A stretch of 64,000 bases of DNA from an uncultured Eubacteriales bacterium (GCA_964523615.1 CAZFZU010000006.1:3761-67760), one strand, 5' to 3'; positions 8,196 through 18,744 are shown, counted from the first letter of the stretch. Notes: a model not told the origin generated them from the letters alone. Numbers and translations: made by a program.

Positions 8196-9896
8196 ATGGA
8201 CCGACGCGCCTTCCTGAGAAGCTCGTTGAAGACGGCCGCCGCGGTCTCCGCGGCCGGCTCCGGCCTCGTCCTCCAAGGCTGCTCCAAGGCCAAGGACCTC
8301 GACCTCGTCGTCGCCGGCGGCGCCGTCTACGACGGCGCCGGCGGCCCTCCCGTCGAGACCGACATCGGCGTCGCCGGGGGAGCCATCCGCGAGATCGGCC
8401 GGGTCCGCGTCTCGCGGGCCAAGGCCGTCGTCGACGCCCGCGGTCTGGCCGTTTCGCCCGGTTTCATCGACGTTCACGACCACACCGACACGGCCCTGCT
8501 CGTCAATCCCCGGGCCGAGAGCGCCGTCCGCCAGGGGGTGACGACCCTCGTCAGCGGGCAGTGCGGCGGCTCGCCCTTCCCGTTGACCGCGGAGGCCGCC
8601 GCGGGAATGAGCGAGCGGCTGGCCAAGGAGTACGGCCTGACGGCCGGCTGGACGGACATCCGCGGCTTCCTGGCCCGGATCGAGGCCTCCGGCGCGGCCC
8701 TCAACTATGCGACCTTTGTCGGCAACGGCACGGTCCGGGCCGCGGCCGTGGGTTACGACGACCGGCCCGCCTCGCCGGCCGAGCTCGAGCGAATGAAAGC
8801 CCTGGTCGCCGAGGCCATGGCCGGCGGGGCCCTGGGCCTGTCCTCCGGCCTCGAATACACGCCCAGCAGCTTCGCCTCGACGGAGGAGCTCGTCGCCCTC
8901 AGCCGGGTGGCGGCCGCCGCCGGTGGCGTCTACGCGACCCACATGCGCAACGAGGACGCCGCCGTGCTCGAGGCCGTCGACGAGGCCCTGCGCGTCGCCC
9001 GCGAGGCGCCCATCCGCCTCCAGATCTCCCACCTCAAGATCGGCGACGCCGCCAACTGGCCCAAGCTCGACGCGCTGCTGGCCGGTTTGGAGAAGGCCCG
9101 GGCCGAGGGCGTCGACCTGCGCTGCGACCGCTATCCCTACATCGCGGGCGCGACGACGCTCGGGCTGCTTTTCCCGCTCTGGGCCCGGGAGGGGACTTCC
9201 GAGGCCTTCGTGGCCCGGCTCAAGGACCCGGCCCTCGACGCCCGGCTGCGGGCGGCCATGGCCGAGGAGCTGGCCGAGCGCGGGACCTGGGAGACCGTCC
9301 TCATCTCGTCGGTGGGCACGGAGGCCAACCGCTGGGTCGAGGGCCTGAACGTCGTCGAGGCCTCGGCCAAGGCCGGCAAGGAGCCCTACGCCTTCATGCG
9401 CGACCTCCTCATCGAAGAAGGCGGTTCCGCCGGCATGATCAGCTTCTACGGCGACGAGGCCGTCCTCGAACGCATCCTGTCCCGCCCCTATGTCGGCGTG
9501 GGCGCGGACGCCGAGGCCATCGCGCCCTACGGCCCGCTCGGCAAGGGCAAGCCCCACCCCCGCAACTACGGGACCTTCCCGCGGGTCCTCGGGCGCTATG
9601 TCCGCGAGCGCAAGATCGTGACGCTCGAGGAGATGATCCGCAAGATGACGGCCATGCCCGCGGCCCACATGGGCTTCGTCCGCCGGGGCCGGCTGGAGGC
9701 CGGCTGGGCCGCCGACCTCTGTGTCTTCGATCCGGCCACGGTCGCCGACCGGGCCACGTTCAAGGAGCCGGCTGTCTACCCCGAGGGGATCCGGCACGTC
9801 GTCGTCAACGGCCAGGTCGTCGTCGCCGACGGCGAGCACACCGGGCGGCTGCCCGGCAAGGTCCTGAGGAAGGACGCCCGCGGGGCGGTGGCGTGA
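8196..9896 (+). CDS. N-acyl-D-amino-acid deacylase family amidohydrolase; predicted Tat-exported lipoprotein
   Basis: ATG 8196 after GGAGGTG; DRRAFL twin-Arg and LQGC lipobox; PGFIDVHDHTD, THMRNE, SHLK, HPRNYGTFPR. Confidence 0.88.
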   Translation: MDRRAFLRSSLKTAAAVSAAGSGLVLQGCSKAKDLDLVVAGGAVYDGAGGPPVETDIGVAGGAIREIGRVRVSRAKAVVDARGLAVSPGFIDVHDHTDTALLVNPRAESAVRQGVTTLVSGQCGGSPFPLTAEAAAGMSERLAKEYGLTAGWTDIRGFLARIEASGAALNYATFVGNGTVRAAAVGYDDRPASPAELERMKALVAEAMAGGALGLSSGLEYTPSSFASTEELVALSRVAAAAGGVYATHMRNEDAAVLEAVDEALRVAREAPIRLQISHLKIGDAANWPKLDALLAGLEKARAEGVDLRCDRYPYIAGATTLGLLFPLWAREGTSEAFVARLKDPALDARLRAAMAEELAERGTWETVLISSVGTEANRWVEGLNVVEASAKAGKEPYAFMRDLLIEEGGSAGMISFYGDEAVLERILSRPYVGVGADAEAIAPYGPLGKGKPHPRNYGTFPRVLGRYVRERKIVTLEEMIRKMTAMPAAHMGFVRRGRLEAGWAADLCVFDPATVADRATFKEPAVYPEGIRHVVVNGQVVVADGEHTGRLPGKVLRKDARGAVA

Positions 9897-10810
9897 GCCG
9901 CCGGCCCGGACGCGTCCTGTGGGCGGCCGGATGGCTGGCGCTTATGGCCGCGGCCGGGGCGGGCCTCCGGGCCCAAGTCCCCGCGTCGCCCGCCGGACCG
10001 GTCGTGCGGCTGACCTACAGGGACCTGCGGCCGGGCGAGCCGCTCCTCGTCTTCCTCGAGGACGACGGCACGGTCGTGTCCGCCCGGGTCGGCCTCCTCG
10101 GCCGCTCGGCCGAGCTGCGGCCGGCCCCGGGCTCCGCGAAAGAGGGGGCCGGGAAACGGGTCTTCGCCTTCATGGCGATCGACGTCCAGGCCAAGCCGGG
10201 CCCGGCCCTCCTCGAGGTCAAGATCGTCCGCCGGGGCGGCCGGATCGAGGACGTCCGCCGCGAGCTCGCCGTGGCCGCCCGGGCCTTTCCCTCGACCAAG
10301 CTGACCCTCGACCCGAACTACGTCACCCCGCCCGTCTCCGTCCAGGCCCGCATCAAGCGCGAGTCCGAGCTCGTCGCCCTGGCCACGAGCGTGGTCACCC
10401 CGGAGTGGCTCGGGGACGGCCCGTTCGCCCGGCCCCACGAGGCCCCGGCCTGGCCGAACTTCGGCCAGAGGCGCCTGAACAACGGCGTCCTGCAGTCGCT
10501 CCACACCGGGCTCGACCTGCGGGTCCCTCTCGGCGAGCCCATCCGGGCGGCCAACGCCGGGACGGTGGTCCTGGCCAGCGACCTCTATTTGGGGGGGAAG
10601 ACCGTCATCATCGACCACGGCCTGGGCGTCTTCAGCTCCTACGGCCACATGTCGGAGCTGCGGGTCCGCCGCGGCGAGGCCGTCCGCAAGGGCGCGACGG
10701 TCGGGCTGTGCGGCTCGACGGGGCGATCGACGGGCCCGCACCTCCACTGGTCGTTCAAGGTCCTCGAGGCCCGCGTCGACCCCGAAGCCATGTTGAAGCT
10801 GCCGCTGTGA
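9893..10810 (+). CDS. M23-family metallopeptidase with signal peptide
   Basis: GTGA overlap with the upstream stop; HTGLDL and STGPHLHW motifs. Confidence 0.9.
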   Translation: MSRRPGRVLWAAGWLALMAAAGAGLRAQVPASPAGPVVRLTYRDLRPGEPLLVFLEDDGTVVSARVGLLGRSAELRPAPGSAKEGAGKRVFAFMAIDVQAKPGPALLEVKIVRRGGRIEDVRRELAVAARAFPSTKLTLDPNYVTPPVSVQARIKRESELVALATSVVTPEWLGDGPFARPHEAPAWPNFGQRRLNNGVLQSLHTGLDLRVPLGEPIRAANAGTVVLASDLYLGGKTVIIDHGLGVFSSYGHMSELRVRRGEAVRKGATVGLCGSTGRSTGPHLHWSFKVLEARVDPEAMLKLPL

Positions 10811-10863
10811 GGGAACTTTCCCGCTTGCGTTGCGTCTACCAATGAGACTACCATAGCCGTTCC

Positions 10864-11775
10864 ATGAGCATCGAGGTCAAGGACATCCACTTCCGCTACG
10901 GCCGGGTCGTCGCCCTCGACGGCGTGACCGCGAGCCTCGGCGCCGGCGCGGTCGGCCTGCTCGGGCCGAACGGGGCCGGCAAGAGCACCCTGCTGCGCAT
11001 CCTGCTCGGCTTCCTCGTCCCCGAGAGGGGGGAGGGCAAGGTGCTGGACTTCGACATCCGCCGGGACCGGGCCATGATCCGCCGCTCCGTGGGCTACATG
11101 CCGGAGAGCGACTGCTTCGTCCCCGGCATGGACGCCGTGACCTTCACGTCCTATTTCGGCGAGCTCTCGGGCATGCCCCGCCGCGAGGCCATGAAGCGGG
11201 CCCACGAGGTCCTCTTCTACGTCGGGCTCGAGGAGGCCCGCTACCGCCTTCTCGACACCTATTCCGCGGGCATGAAGCAGCGCCTCAAGCTGGCCCAAGC
11301 CCTGGTCCACGATCCCAAGGTCCTGTTCCTCGACGAGCCGACCTCGAACCTCGACCCGACCGGCCGGGCCGAGGTCCTGGAGCTCATCCGGGACATCGCC
11401 GCGAACCGGTCCATCCAGGTCCTGCTGTCGTCCCACATCCTCGACGACATCGAGTCGCTCTGCGAGACGGTCGTCATCCTCAAGCAGGGCAAGGTCGCCG
11501 CCGAGGGCCGCATGGCCGACCTGCGGGCCATCCAATACAGCCTCTACGAGGTCCGCGTCAAGGGCGACGCGGGCCTGTTCCGCAAGGAGCTCGAGGCCGG
11601 CGGCAGCCGCGTCGACGAGACCGAGGACGGCCTGATCAAGGTCTACATGCCCGAGGCCAGCGACCGCATGGACGTCTTCCGGGCGGCCGCCCGGACCGGC
11701 GCCCAGGTCCGCTATTTCGTCAAGAGCCGGACCTCGCTCGAGGACCTCTTCGCCGGCGTCGTGGGGGTGGAATGA
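10864..11775 (+). CDS. ABC transporter ATP-binding protein
   Basis: Walker A GPNGAGKS, YSAGMKQR signature, LDEP, H-loop. Confidence 0.95.
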   Translation: MSIEVKDIHFRYGRVVALDGVTASLGAGAVGLLGPNGAGKSTLLRILLGFLVPERGEGKVLDFDIRRDRAMIRRSVGYMPESDCFVPGMDAVTFTSYFGELSGMPRREAMKRAHEVLFYVGLEEARYRLLDTYSAGMKQRLKLAQALVHDPKVLFLDEPTSNLDPTGRAEVLELIRDIAANRSIQVLLSSHILDDIESLCETVVILKQGKVAAEGRMADLRAIQYSLYEVRVKGDAGLFRKELEAGGSRVDETEDGLIKVYMPEASDRMDVFRAAARTGAQVRYFVKSRTSLEDLFAGVVGVE

Positions 11776-12647
11776 TGGCCGTCGTCCGCGAGAAGGGCTA
11801 CGCCCACTGGGACGGCCGGCTCGTCGAGCGCCGCCGGCCCTGGTGGCCTATCACGCGGGCCGGCGTCCGTCTGGCCTTCCGCAAGAAGGCTTTCCGGTTC
11901 TTTTTCGCCGGCGGCTTCCTGCCGGCCTTCTTCGCCCTGGGCGGCCTGTACGTCTCCGAGCGTTTGGAGGACTTCAAGGCCATCGTTCAGAGCAACCGGG
12001 CCCTGCTGCGGATCGACCCCGGATACTTCAGGACCTTCCTCGTCAATCCGCCCTTCCTCTTCCTCCTCCTCATCGTCCTCGTCTTCGCCGCCTCGGGCCT
12101 GGTGGCCGACGACCTCAAGCACAACTCGCTCCAGCTCTATTTCTCCCGGCCGCTCTCCAAGAAGGACTATATCCTCGGCAAGATGTCGGTCGTGGCCTTC
12201 TTCGTCCTGGCCCTGGCCGGCCTGCCCTGGCTCCTGCTCGTCGCCTTCAAGCTCGTCTTCGCCGGCAATTTCGCCTTCCTGGCCGCCTACCCGCTCCTGC
12301 CCCTGGGCATCCTGGGCTACGCCGTCTTCCTGGCCGTGTTCTTCTCGCTCTACTTCCTGCTGCTCTCGGCCTCGAGCCGCAACGCCCGCTACGTCGCCAT
12401 CCTCGTCTTCACGACCTATCTCTTCTCGGACATCCTGTCCGGTATCCTGACCGGCATCTTCCGGACGCCCTATATGGGCCTGTTCTCCATCCGGGCCAAC
12501 ATCCAGCAGGCCGGGGCGGTCTTCTTCGGCGCCAAGCCCCCGCTCGCCGTGCCGCCCGTCTGGTCGTTCGCCGTCCTGGCGGCCATCGGCGCCCTGTCGC
12601 TCGCCGTCCTCGACCGGAAGATCCGCGGCGTCGAGGTCATCAAGTGA
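11772..12647 (+). CDS. ABC-2-type permease
   Basis: Multiple TM segments; LYFSRPLSKKDYILGK motif; translationally coupled. Confidence 0.85.
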   Translation: MMAVVREKGYAHWDGRLVERRRPWWPITRAGVRLAFRKKAFRFFFAGGFLPAFFALGGLYVSERLEDFKAIVQSNRALLRIDPGYFRTFLVNPPFLFLLLIVLVFAASGLVADDLKHNSLQLYFSRPLSKKDYILGKMSVVAFFVLALAGLPWLLLVAFKLVFAGNFAFLAAYPLLPLGILGYAVFLAVFFSLYFLLLSASSRNARYVAILVFTTYLFSDILSGILTGIFRTPYMGLFSIRANIQQAGAVFFGAKPPLAVPPVWSFAVLAAIGALSLAVLDRKIRGVEVIK

Positions 12648-13570
12648 GCGCCGTCATCGCCGCCGACCGCCTGTCCAAGTACTACGGGAACGTCCTCGGC
12701 CTCAACGAGGTCAGCCTGACGGTCGAGGAGGGCATCACCGGCCTGCTCGGCCCGAACGGGGCCGGCAAGTCGACCTTCATGAAGCTCGTCACCGGCCAGC
12801 TCCGGACCGACCTGGGCACGGTCACCGTCCGCGGCCGGCGGACCTGGAACGCGCCGGACCTGTTCCGCGACATCGGGTTCTGCCCCGAGCACGACGTCTT
12901 CTACGAGGACATGACCGGCTTCGAGTTCGTGGCCGGCCTGATGCGGCTGCACGGCTTCCCGAAGGCCGAGGCCCGCGACCGGGCCGCCCGGTCGCTCGAG
13001 CTGGTCGACCTGGCCAAGGACAAGGACCGTCTCATCCGCGGCTACAGCCGGGGCATGCGCCAGCGGGTCAAGTTCGCCCAGGCCGTGGCCCACGATCCCG
13101 GCATCGTCATCCTGGACGAGCCCATGAGCGGGCTCGACCCGCTCGGCAAGCGCAAGCTCATCCGGCTCATCAAGGACTTCAAGAAGGAGGGCCGGACCAT
13201 CCTCGTCTCGAGCCACGTTCTGCCCGAGATCGAGGCCCTGACCTCGCGGGTCGTCCTCATCCACCAGGGCCGGGTCCTGGCCGAGGGGGACGTGCCCTTC
13301 ATCCGCGAGCTCATCGAGGCCCATCCGCACCAGATCTCGGTCCGCTCGAGCGACCCCCGGGGCCTGGCGGCCCGCTTCGTCGCCGACGCCTCGATCCAGA
13401 AGATGACCTTCGGCGCCGACGGCCGGAGCCTGGTCGTCGAGACGCACCGGCGCGACGAGTTCTTCGGCCGGCTGACCGGCGCGGTCCTGGAGGCCGGGAT
13501 CGAGGTCGAGGAGATCTCGTCGCCCGACGACAATCTCCAGGCCGTCTTCGAATACCTGGTGGGGAAGTGA
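12644..13570 (+). CDS. ABC transporter ATP-binding protein
   Basis: GTGA overlap; GPNGAGKS, YSRGMRQR, LDEP. Confidence 0.95.
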   Translation: MSAVIAADRLSKYYGNVLGLNEVSLTVEEGITGLLGPNGAGKSTFMKLVTGQLRTDLGTVTVRGRRTWNAPDLFRDIGFCPEHDVFYEDMTGFEFVAGLMRLHGFPKAEARDRAARSLELVDLAKDKDRLIRGYSRGMRQRVKFAQAVAHDPGIVILDEPMSGLDPLGKRKLIRLIKDFKKEGRTILVSSHVLPEIEALTSRVVLIHQGRVLAEGDVPFIRELIEAHPHQISVRSSDPRGLAARFVADASIQKMTFGADGRSLVVETHRRDEFFGRLTGAVLEAGIEVEEISSPDDNLQAVFEYLVGK

Positions 13571-13571
13571 C

Positions 13572-14372
13572 ATGAGCCTCTGGGGACCCGCCGCCCGCGT
13601 CTTCGGCGTCTTCTTCCCGCTCGGCCTCAAGACGGGCAAGACGCGGGCCCTGGCCCTGCTGGGCCTGTTCCCGGTCCTGCTGGCCGTGGTGGCCCGGATC
13701 TTCCTGCGGGGACGGTCGGGCGACATGGCCGCCGTCTTCACCGAGATCCTGATGGTCTTCTTCCTCCAGCTCTACGTCGTCATCCTGGCGCTCTTCTATG
13801 GGACGTCCGTCGTGACCGAGGAGGTCGAGAACCGCACCCTGGCCTACCTCGTGACGCGGCCCGTGCCCAAGCCGGCCGTGGTCCTAGGGAAATTCGCGGC
13901 TTACGCCCTGCTGATGCTCGCCCTCGTGGGCGTCGGCCTGGGCGCGTCCTTCTTCGTCCTCAACGCCCCCCGGATGGGCGACCCGGCCCTCTACCTGACC
14001 TTCCTGCGCTACCTGGGGGTGCTCGGCCTGGGCATCCTGGCCTACACGGCCTTTTTCGCCTTTCTCGGCGCCCTGCTCAAGAAAGCCATCATCGTCGGGC
14101 TCATCTTCGGCTTCGGCTGGGAGAACGTCATCCAGTACTTCCCCGGCTCGACGCAGAGATTCTCCGTCGTCCATTACTTGAAATCGCTCCTGCCGTACCG
14201 GCCGGCGGGGGTCGTCGGCGGGGGAGGGGGCCGCGGCGTGGCCCTGCTGCTCTTCCGGCTGGAGCCGACCCCGCCGCTGCTGGCCGTACTGGCCCTGGCG
14301 GCCATCACGGCCGTCTTCCTGGGCCTGGCCTGCCTCCTGTTCCGGACGAAGGAATATCTCTACGAGGATTGA
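13572..14372 (+). CDS. ABC-2-type permease
   Basis: EEVENRTLAYLVTRPV..VVLGKF motif; several TM segments. Confidence 0.85.
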   Translation: MSLWGPAARVFGVFFPLGLKTGKTRALALLGLFPVLLAVVARIFLRGRSGDMAAVFTEILMVFFLQLYVVILALFYGTSVVTEEVENRTLAYLVTRPVPKPAVVLGKFAAYALLMLALVGVGLGASFFVLNAPRMGDPALYLTFLRYLGVLGLGILAYTAFFAFLGALLKKAIIVGLIFGFGWENVIQYFPGSTQRFSVVHYLKSLLPYRPAGVVGGGGGRGVALLLFRLEPTPPLLAVLALAAITAVFLGLACLLFRTKEYLYED

Positions 14373-14384
14373 GGCCGCCCGGCC

Positions 14385-15413
14385 TTACTTGATCTCTTCG
14401 GCGGGCCCGTCCTTCTTGAGCTTGACGAGGTCGCCCGCTTTGGCCTGGACCATCTTGCCGAGCTTATCCAGGAGTTCCTGGGGCATATTGATCAGGACCT
14501 GAGTATAGTCCCCGCCCGAGTGGATGTCGATGGCCTCGAGGGCCTCACCGACGACCGGCTCCTGGCTCGCGAACATGGCGCCCATGGCCTTGAAGCCGTT
14601 GAGGGTCGAGGCCAGCTTTTCGTTCTGCTCCTTGGTGCCGCCGATCGTCCGGATGTCGGCCGTGAATTTGGCCAGCCGGTAGTCGAACGACATCGTCAGG
14701 CCCGTGACGCCTTCGAGGACCTGGATCTGGGGCGAGGCGGCGATGCTCTTCTTGAGCATCTCCTGCGGGATGGCGAACGCGCCCCAGGCCAGGCCCGACT
14801 TGTCGGCCTTCTTGAAGACGGCGGCGAACTCGGTGTTCTTAGCCAGGGAGTCCGCCTTCTTCTGGTGGACGTCGAGGATGCCCCGGACGCCGCGGGCGCT
14901 GCCGATGACGATGTGGGAGGCGTCGAGGAACGCCGCTTGCGTCGTCTGCTTGCCTTCGTCGCCGTCGAGGTTCGAATAAACGGCGACGCCGTTGTACATC
15001 TCTTCCTCGAGCTCGGGGGCCTTCTCCTTCATCAGGGCCAGGAGCCTGGCCTTGTCGTAGGTCATGGTGACGATGAAGCCGGCCTCGGGCTCGGCCGCGG
15101 CCCCGGCTCCGGGGGCGGGGGCGATGAGGCCGAACCCGAAATAGGAGATATCCTTCATGGGGTCGATGCCGCTCATCTTGACGAACTCGTCGTACTTGGC
15201 CTTTGCCTGGGGATCGTCCAAGGCCTTCTTGGCGGCCTCGGTCGACATCGCCCGGGCCACGTCGACGGCCACGACGCCCATGGTCGATCGGGGCAGGAGC
15301 TTGATCAGGGACTCGCCGGCCGCGGACCCGGTCTTGAGCCCCCCGGCGGGGGCGCAGGCGGCCAGGGCGAAGGCCAGGACGGCGGAGAGGGACAGGGCGG
15401 CGGTTCTTTTCAT
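14385..15413 (-). CDS. Hypothetical lipoprotein
   Basis: MKRTAALSLSAVLAFALAAC lipobox; soluble alpha/beta body; promoter TTGCCC-17-TATAGT upstream. Confidence 0.75.
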   Translation of the reverse strand: MKRTAALSLSAVLAFALAACAPAGGLKTGSAAGESLIKLLPRSTMGVVAVDVARAMSTEAAKKALDDPQAKAKYDEFVKMSGIDPMKDISYFGFGLIAPAPGAGAAAEPEAGFIVTMTYDKARLLALMKEKAPELEEEMYNGVAVYSNLDGDEGKQTTQAAFLDASHIVIGSARGVRGILDVHQKKADSLAKNTEFAAVFKKADKSGLAWGAFAIPQEMLKKSIAASPQIQVLEGVTGLTMSFDYRLAKFTADIRTIGGTKEQNEKLASTLNGFKAMGAMFASQEPVVGEALEAIDIHSGGDYTQVLINMPQELLDKLGKMVQAKAGDLVKLKKDGPAEEIK

Positions 15414-15598
15414 GGAAGGGACCTCCTACGGGTTTCTCAAGAAGATACGGGAACCCCGAGAGATAAGTTCACGGCCGGACTATAGCACTTCCGGGGGCCG
15501 GGGGGCAAATGGGCCCGTCCCCATCTTGCGACCGGGCCCGAATTGTTATAATTTTGACGCTCCGGACCGCCCCCGGCGGAGACCTGAAAGGAGACCGC

Positions 15599-16927
15599 AT
15601 GACCCCGTCCCTGACGAACCGCGCTTTCCGGCTGGCCCTCGTCCTCGTCCTGGCCGCGTCGGCCCTGGCCCCGCTCGCCGCCGGCCAATACCCGGCCGTT
15701 CTCGGCCTCAAGGACCAGGCCGCCGTCTACGACGGCTGGCTGGCCTCCCGCCTCGACAAGCTCCTGCCCGAGCTCATGCGGCGGGAGAAGATCGACATGT
15801 GGCTGGTCATCTGCCGGGAATACAACGAAGATCCCGTCTACCTGTCGCTCGTCCCCTTCGCCAGCCTGTCGGCCCGCCGCCTCAGCATCCTGGTCATGCA
15901 CGACCGGGGCGGGGACAAGGGCGTCGAGCGCTTCGCCGTCAGCCGCTACGGCGTCGGGAAGCTCTTCCCGACCGTCTGGAAGGCGGGGGAGGAGGACCAG
16001 TGGCAAGCCTTGGCCAGGGCCGTCCGGGAGCGCGATCCGAAGCGCATCGGCATCGACGAGTCGGACGTCTTCGCCTTCGGCGACGGCCTCTCGGCGTCCC
16101 TGAAGAAGAAGCTCGTCCAGGCCCTGGGCCCGGACCTCTCGAAGCGCCTCGCCGGGGCCGAGCGGCTGGCCGTCGGCTGGCTCGAGCGGCGCCTGCCCGA
16201 GGAGATCGCGGCCTACGACCGCGTCTGCGCCATCGCCCACGCCGTCATCGCCGAGGCCTTCTCGCCGGCCGTCGTAACGCCGGGCGTCACGACGACCGGC
16301 GACGTCGAGTGGTGGATCTGGGAGAAGTTCCGCGCGCTGGGCCAGACGACCTGGTTCAACCCCGGCATCTCCCTCCAGCGGCCCAAATCGAGCCCCTACG
16401 GCGACAGCCCCGTGATCCGTCCGGGCGATCTCCTCCACTGCGACATCGGCATCACCTACCTCCGCCTCAGCACCGATACCCAGCAGCACGCCTACGTCCT
16501 GAAGCCCGGCGAGACCGACGCCCCGGCCGGGCTCAAGGCCGCCCTGGCCAAGGGCAACCGGCTGCAGGACATCCTCATGGGCGAGATGAAGGAGGGCTTG
16601 ACCGGGAACGAGGTCCTGGCCGCGGCCCTCAAGCGGGCCAAGGACGAGGGCCTGAGGCCGAGCATCTACACCCACCCGCTCGGTGTCCACGGCCACGCCG
16701 CCGGCCCGACCATCGGCCTGTGGGACAAACAGGGAGGCGTGCCCGGCGACGGCGATTACCCGCTCTACGCCGACACCGTCTATTCCATCGAGCTCAACAT
16801 CACCGACGCCGTCGCCGAATGGGACGGGCAGGACGTCCAGATCGCCCTCGAGCAGGACGCCGTCTTCACGCGGGCCGGGGCCCGGTTCCTCGACCGGCGC
16901 CAGACCGAGCTCATCCTGATCCGTTAG
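15599..16927 (+). CDS. M24-family (Xaa-Pro aminopeptidase-like) metallopeptidase, secreted
   Basis: ATG 15599 after AAAGGAG; signal peptide; HCDIG, TDTQ, THPLG.HGH, SIE metal ligands. Confidence 0.85.
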   Translation: MTPSLTNRAFRLALVLVLAASALAPLAAGQYPAVLGLKDQAAVYDGWLASRLDKLLPELMRREKIDMWLVICREYNEDPVYLSLVPFASLSARRLSILVMHDRGGDKGVERFAVSRYGVGKLFPTVWKAGEEDQWQALARAVRERDPKRIGIDESDVFAFGDGLSASLKKKLVQALGPDLSKRLAGAERLAVGWLERRLPEEIAAYDRVCAIAHAVIAEAFSPAVVTPGVTTTGDVEWWIWEKFRALGQTTWFNPGISLQRPKSSPYGDSPVIRPGDLLHCDIGITYLRLSTDTQQHAYVLKPGETDAPAGLKAALAKGNRLQDILMGEMKEGLTGNEVLAAALKRAKDEGLRPSIYTHPLGVHGHAAGPTIGLWDKQGGVPGDGDYPLYADTVYSIELNITDAVAEWDGQDVQIALEQDAVFTRAGARFLDRRQTELILIR

Positions 16928-16970
16928 CGGCCCGCGGAACGGGACCCGAAAACGCCGGAGAGAGGCCGAC

Positions 16971-17552
16971 ATGAGCGAAGAGAACGCCCCGGGCGGGCCG
17001 ACGCCCTTCCAGAGGATCCTGCGGGGCCGGCGGAGCATCCGCCGCTACCTCGAGACGCCGGTGGAGTCGTGGAAGCTCAGGGCCTGCCTGGAGGCCGCCC
17101 GGCTGGCCCCCTCGGCCCACAACGCCCAGCCTTGGCGCATCGTGGTCGTCGACGAGCCCGGCCTCAAGGCCGAGCTGGCCGCCGCGGCTTTCTCCGGCCT
17201 CTACTCCGTCACGAAGTTCGCCGCCAAGGCCCCGGTGTTGCTCGTCCTCATGGCCAAGCGCCGCCTCGTCGCCCACCACCTCGGGGCCCGCCTCCAAAAG
17301 GTGCCCTACTATCTCGTCGATATGGGCATCGCCGGGGAGCACGTCGTCCTCCAGGCCGAGGAGCTCGGCCTGGCCACGTGCTGGCTGGGCTGGATCAACT
17401 ACCGGCGCGTCCGCAAGGTCCTGCGCGTGCCGCGCAAGTTCAAGATCGTGGCCATGATGCCGCTCGGCTACGCCGAGAAGAGGCCCCAGCGCGAGCCGCC
17501 CCGGAGGGGCTTCGACGAGGTCGCCTTCTTCAACCGGGTGCCGGAAGAGTGA
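16971..17552 (+). CDS. Nitroreductase family protein
   Basis: RRSIRRY, APSAHNAQPW, LGLATCW. Confidence 0.92.
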   Translation: MSEENAPGGPTPFQRILRGRRSIRRYLETPVESWKLRACLEAARLAPSAHNAQPWRIVVVDEPGLKAELAAAAFSGLYSVTKFAAKAPVLLVLMAKRRLVAHHLGARLQKVPYYLVDMGIAGEHVVLQAEELGLATCWLGWINYRRVRKVLRVPRKFKIVAMMPLGYAEKRPQREPPRRGFDEVAFFNRVPEE

Positions 17553-18724
17553 AGGACCGGCGCATGGTCCTGTTCCTGGCCGTCGCCCTGAGCATCTACG
17601 GCCTGGTCAATTTCTACGTCGCCCGCCGCGGCTTCCAGGCCCTCGCGGCGGCCCCCCGGGCCCGGACGGCGTTCCTCGTCCTGTTCGTCGCCCTGGCCCT
17701 GGCCTTTCCCGTCGGCCGCGTCCTGCTCGGCGGCGCCCGAGGCTGGTTCGCCACGGCGTTGGCCGAGGCCGGCATGTTCCACATGGCCGTGATGCTCTAC
17801 GCCCTCATGGCCGTCCTGGCCGTCGACCTCGTCCGGCTGGCGAACGCCTTCGTCCCGTTCCTGCCGCGGGACTGGACGGCCGCCGGCTCGCGAGCGGGCC
17901 TCGGCGTCTTCGCCGTCGCGGCCGGCGCGGTGGCCCTCGTCCTCGCCTACGGCGCCTGGAACGCGACCCGGCTGCGGACGGTCGACCTCGACCTCCGGCT
18001 GCCGGCCGGGAGCGGGACGGTCGAACGGCTGACCCTGGTGGCCGCCTCGGACCTCCATCTCGGCGCGCTGGTCGGCCCCCGCCGGCTCGAGAAGGTCGTG
18101 GCCCGCGTCAACGCCCTCGCCCCGGACGCCGTGCTCTTCGCCGGGGACATCGTCGACGAGTCGGTGACCGAGGCCATCGAAGCCCGGCTGGGCGGGATCA
18201 TGAGGGGCCTGAGGGCGCCGCTCGGCGTCTACGCTTGCCCGGGGAACCACGAGTTCTACAGCGGGCTCGAGCGGAACCTGGCCTGCCTCCGGTCCTGCGG
18301 CGTCACCGTCCTCCAGGACGAGGCCGTCGTCGCGGGCGGGGCCTTCCTCATCGTCGGGCGGCGCGACCCGAGCTCGCTCGGCCGGGGCGAGGTCCGGCTG
18401 TCCATCCCCGGCATTCTCGGGCGGAGCGGATTGGCCGCCACGGACCTGCCCGTCGTCGTCCTCGACCACCAGCCCCTCCGGCTCGACGAGGCCGTGGCCG
18501 CGGGGGCCGGCCTGCAGATCTCCGGGCACACCCACGACGGCCAGCTCTTCCCGATCGACGTCGTCAACGGCTTCATCTACGAGCTCAATTGGGGTTATCG
18601 CCGCAAAGGCGACACCCACTTCTATGTGACGAGCGGAGCGGGGACGTGGGGGCCGCCGGTGCGCGTCGGCAGCCGGGCCGAGATCGTCCGCATCCGCCTG
18701 ACCTTCGAGCGTCCCGCGGACTGA
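17549..18724 (+). CDS. Membrane-anchored metallophosphoesterase (YkuE/YaeI-like)
   Basis: N-terminal TM helices; SDLH, GDIVD, GNHE, LDHQP, SGHTH motifs. Confidence 0.9.
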   Translation: MKDRRMVLFLAVALSIYGLVNFYVARRGFQALAAAPRARTAFLVLFVALALAFPVGRVLLGGARGWFATALAEAGMFHMAVMLYALMAVLAVDLVRLANAFVPFLPRDWTAAGSRAGLGVFAVAAGAVALVLAYGAWNATRLRTVDLDLRLPAGSGTVERLTLVAASDLHLGALVGPRRLEKVVARVNALAPDAVLFAGDIVDESVTEAIEARLGGIMRGLRAPLGVYACPGNHEFYSGLERNLACLRSCGVTVLQDEAVVAGGAFLIVGRRDPSSLGRGEVRLSIPGILGRSGLAATDLPVVVLDHQPLRLDEAVAAGAGLQISGHTHDGQLFPIDVVNGFIYELNWGYRRKGDTHFYVTSGAGTWGPPVRVGSRAEIVRIRLTFERPAD

Positions 18725-18744
18725 CCGAGAACTTGCCTAGCAAG

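Noticed and set aside
10864-14372. Duplicated ABC ATPase/permease module as a novel system
   Set aside because: A double ATPase-permease arrangement is common, and no substrate or unusual feature is evident from the sequence.
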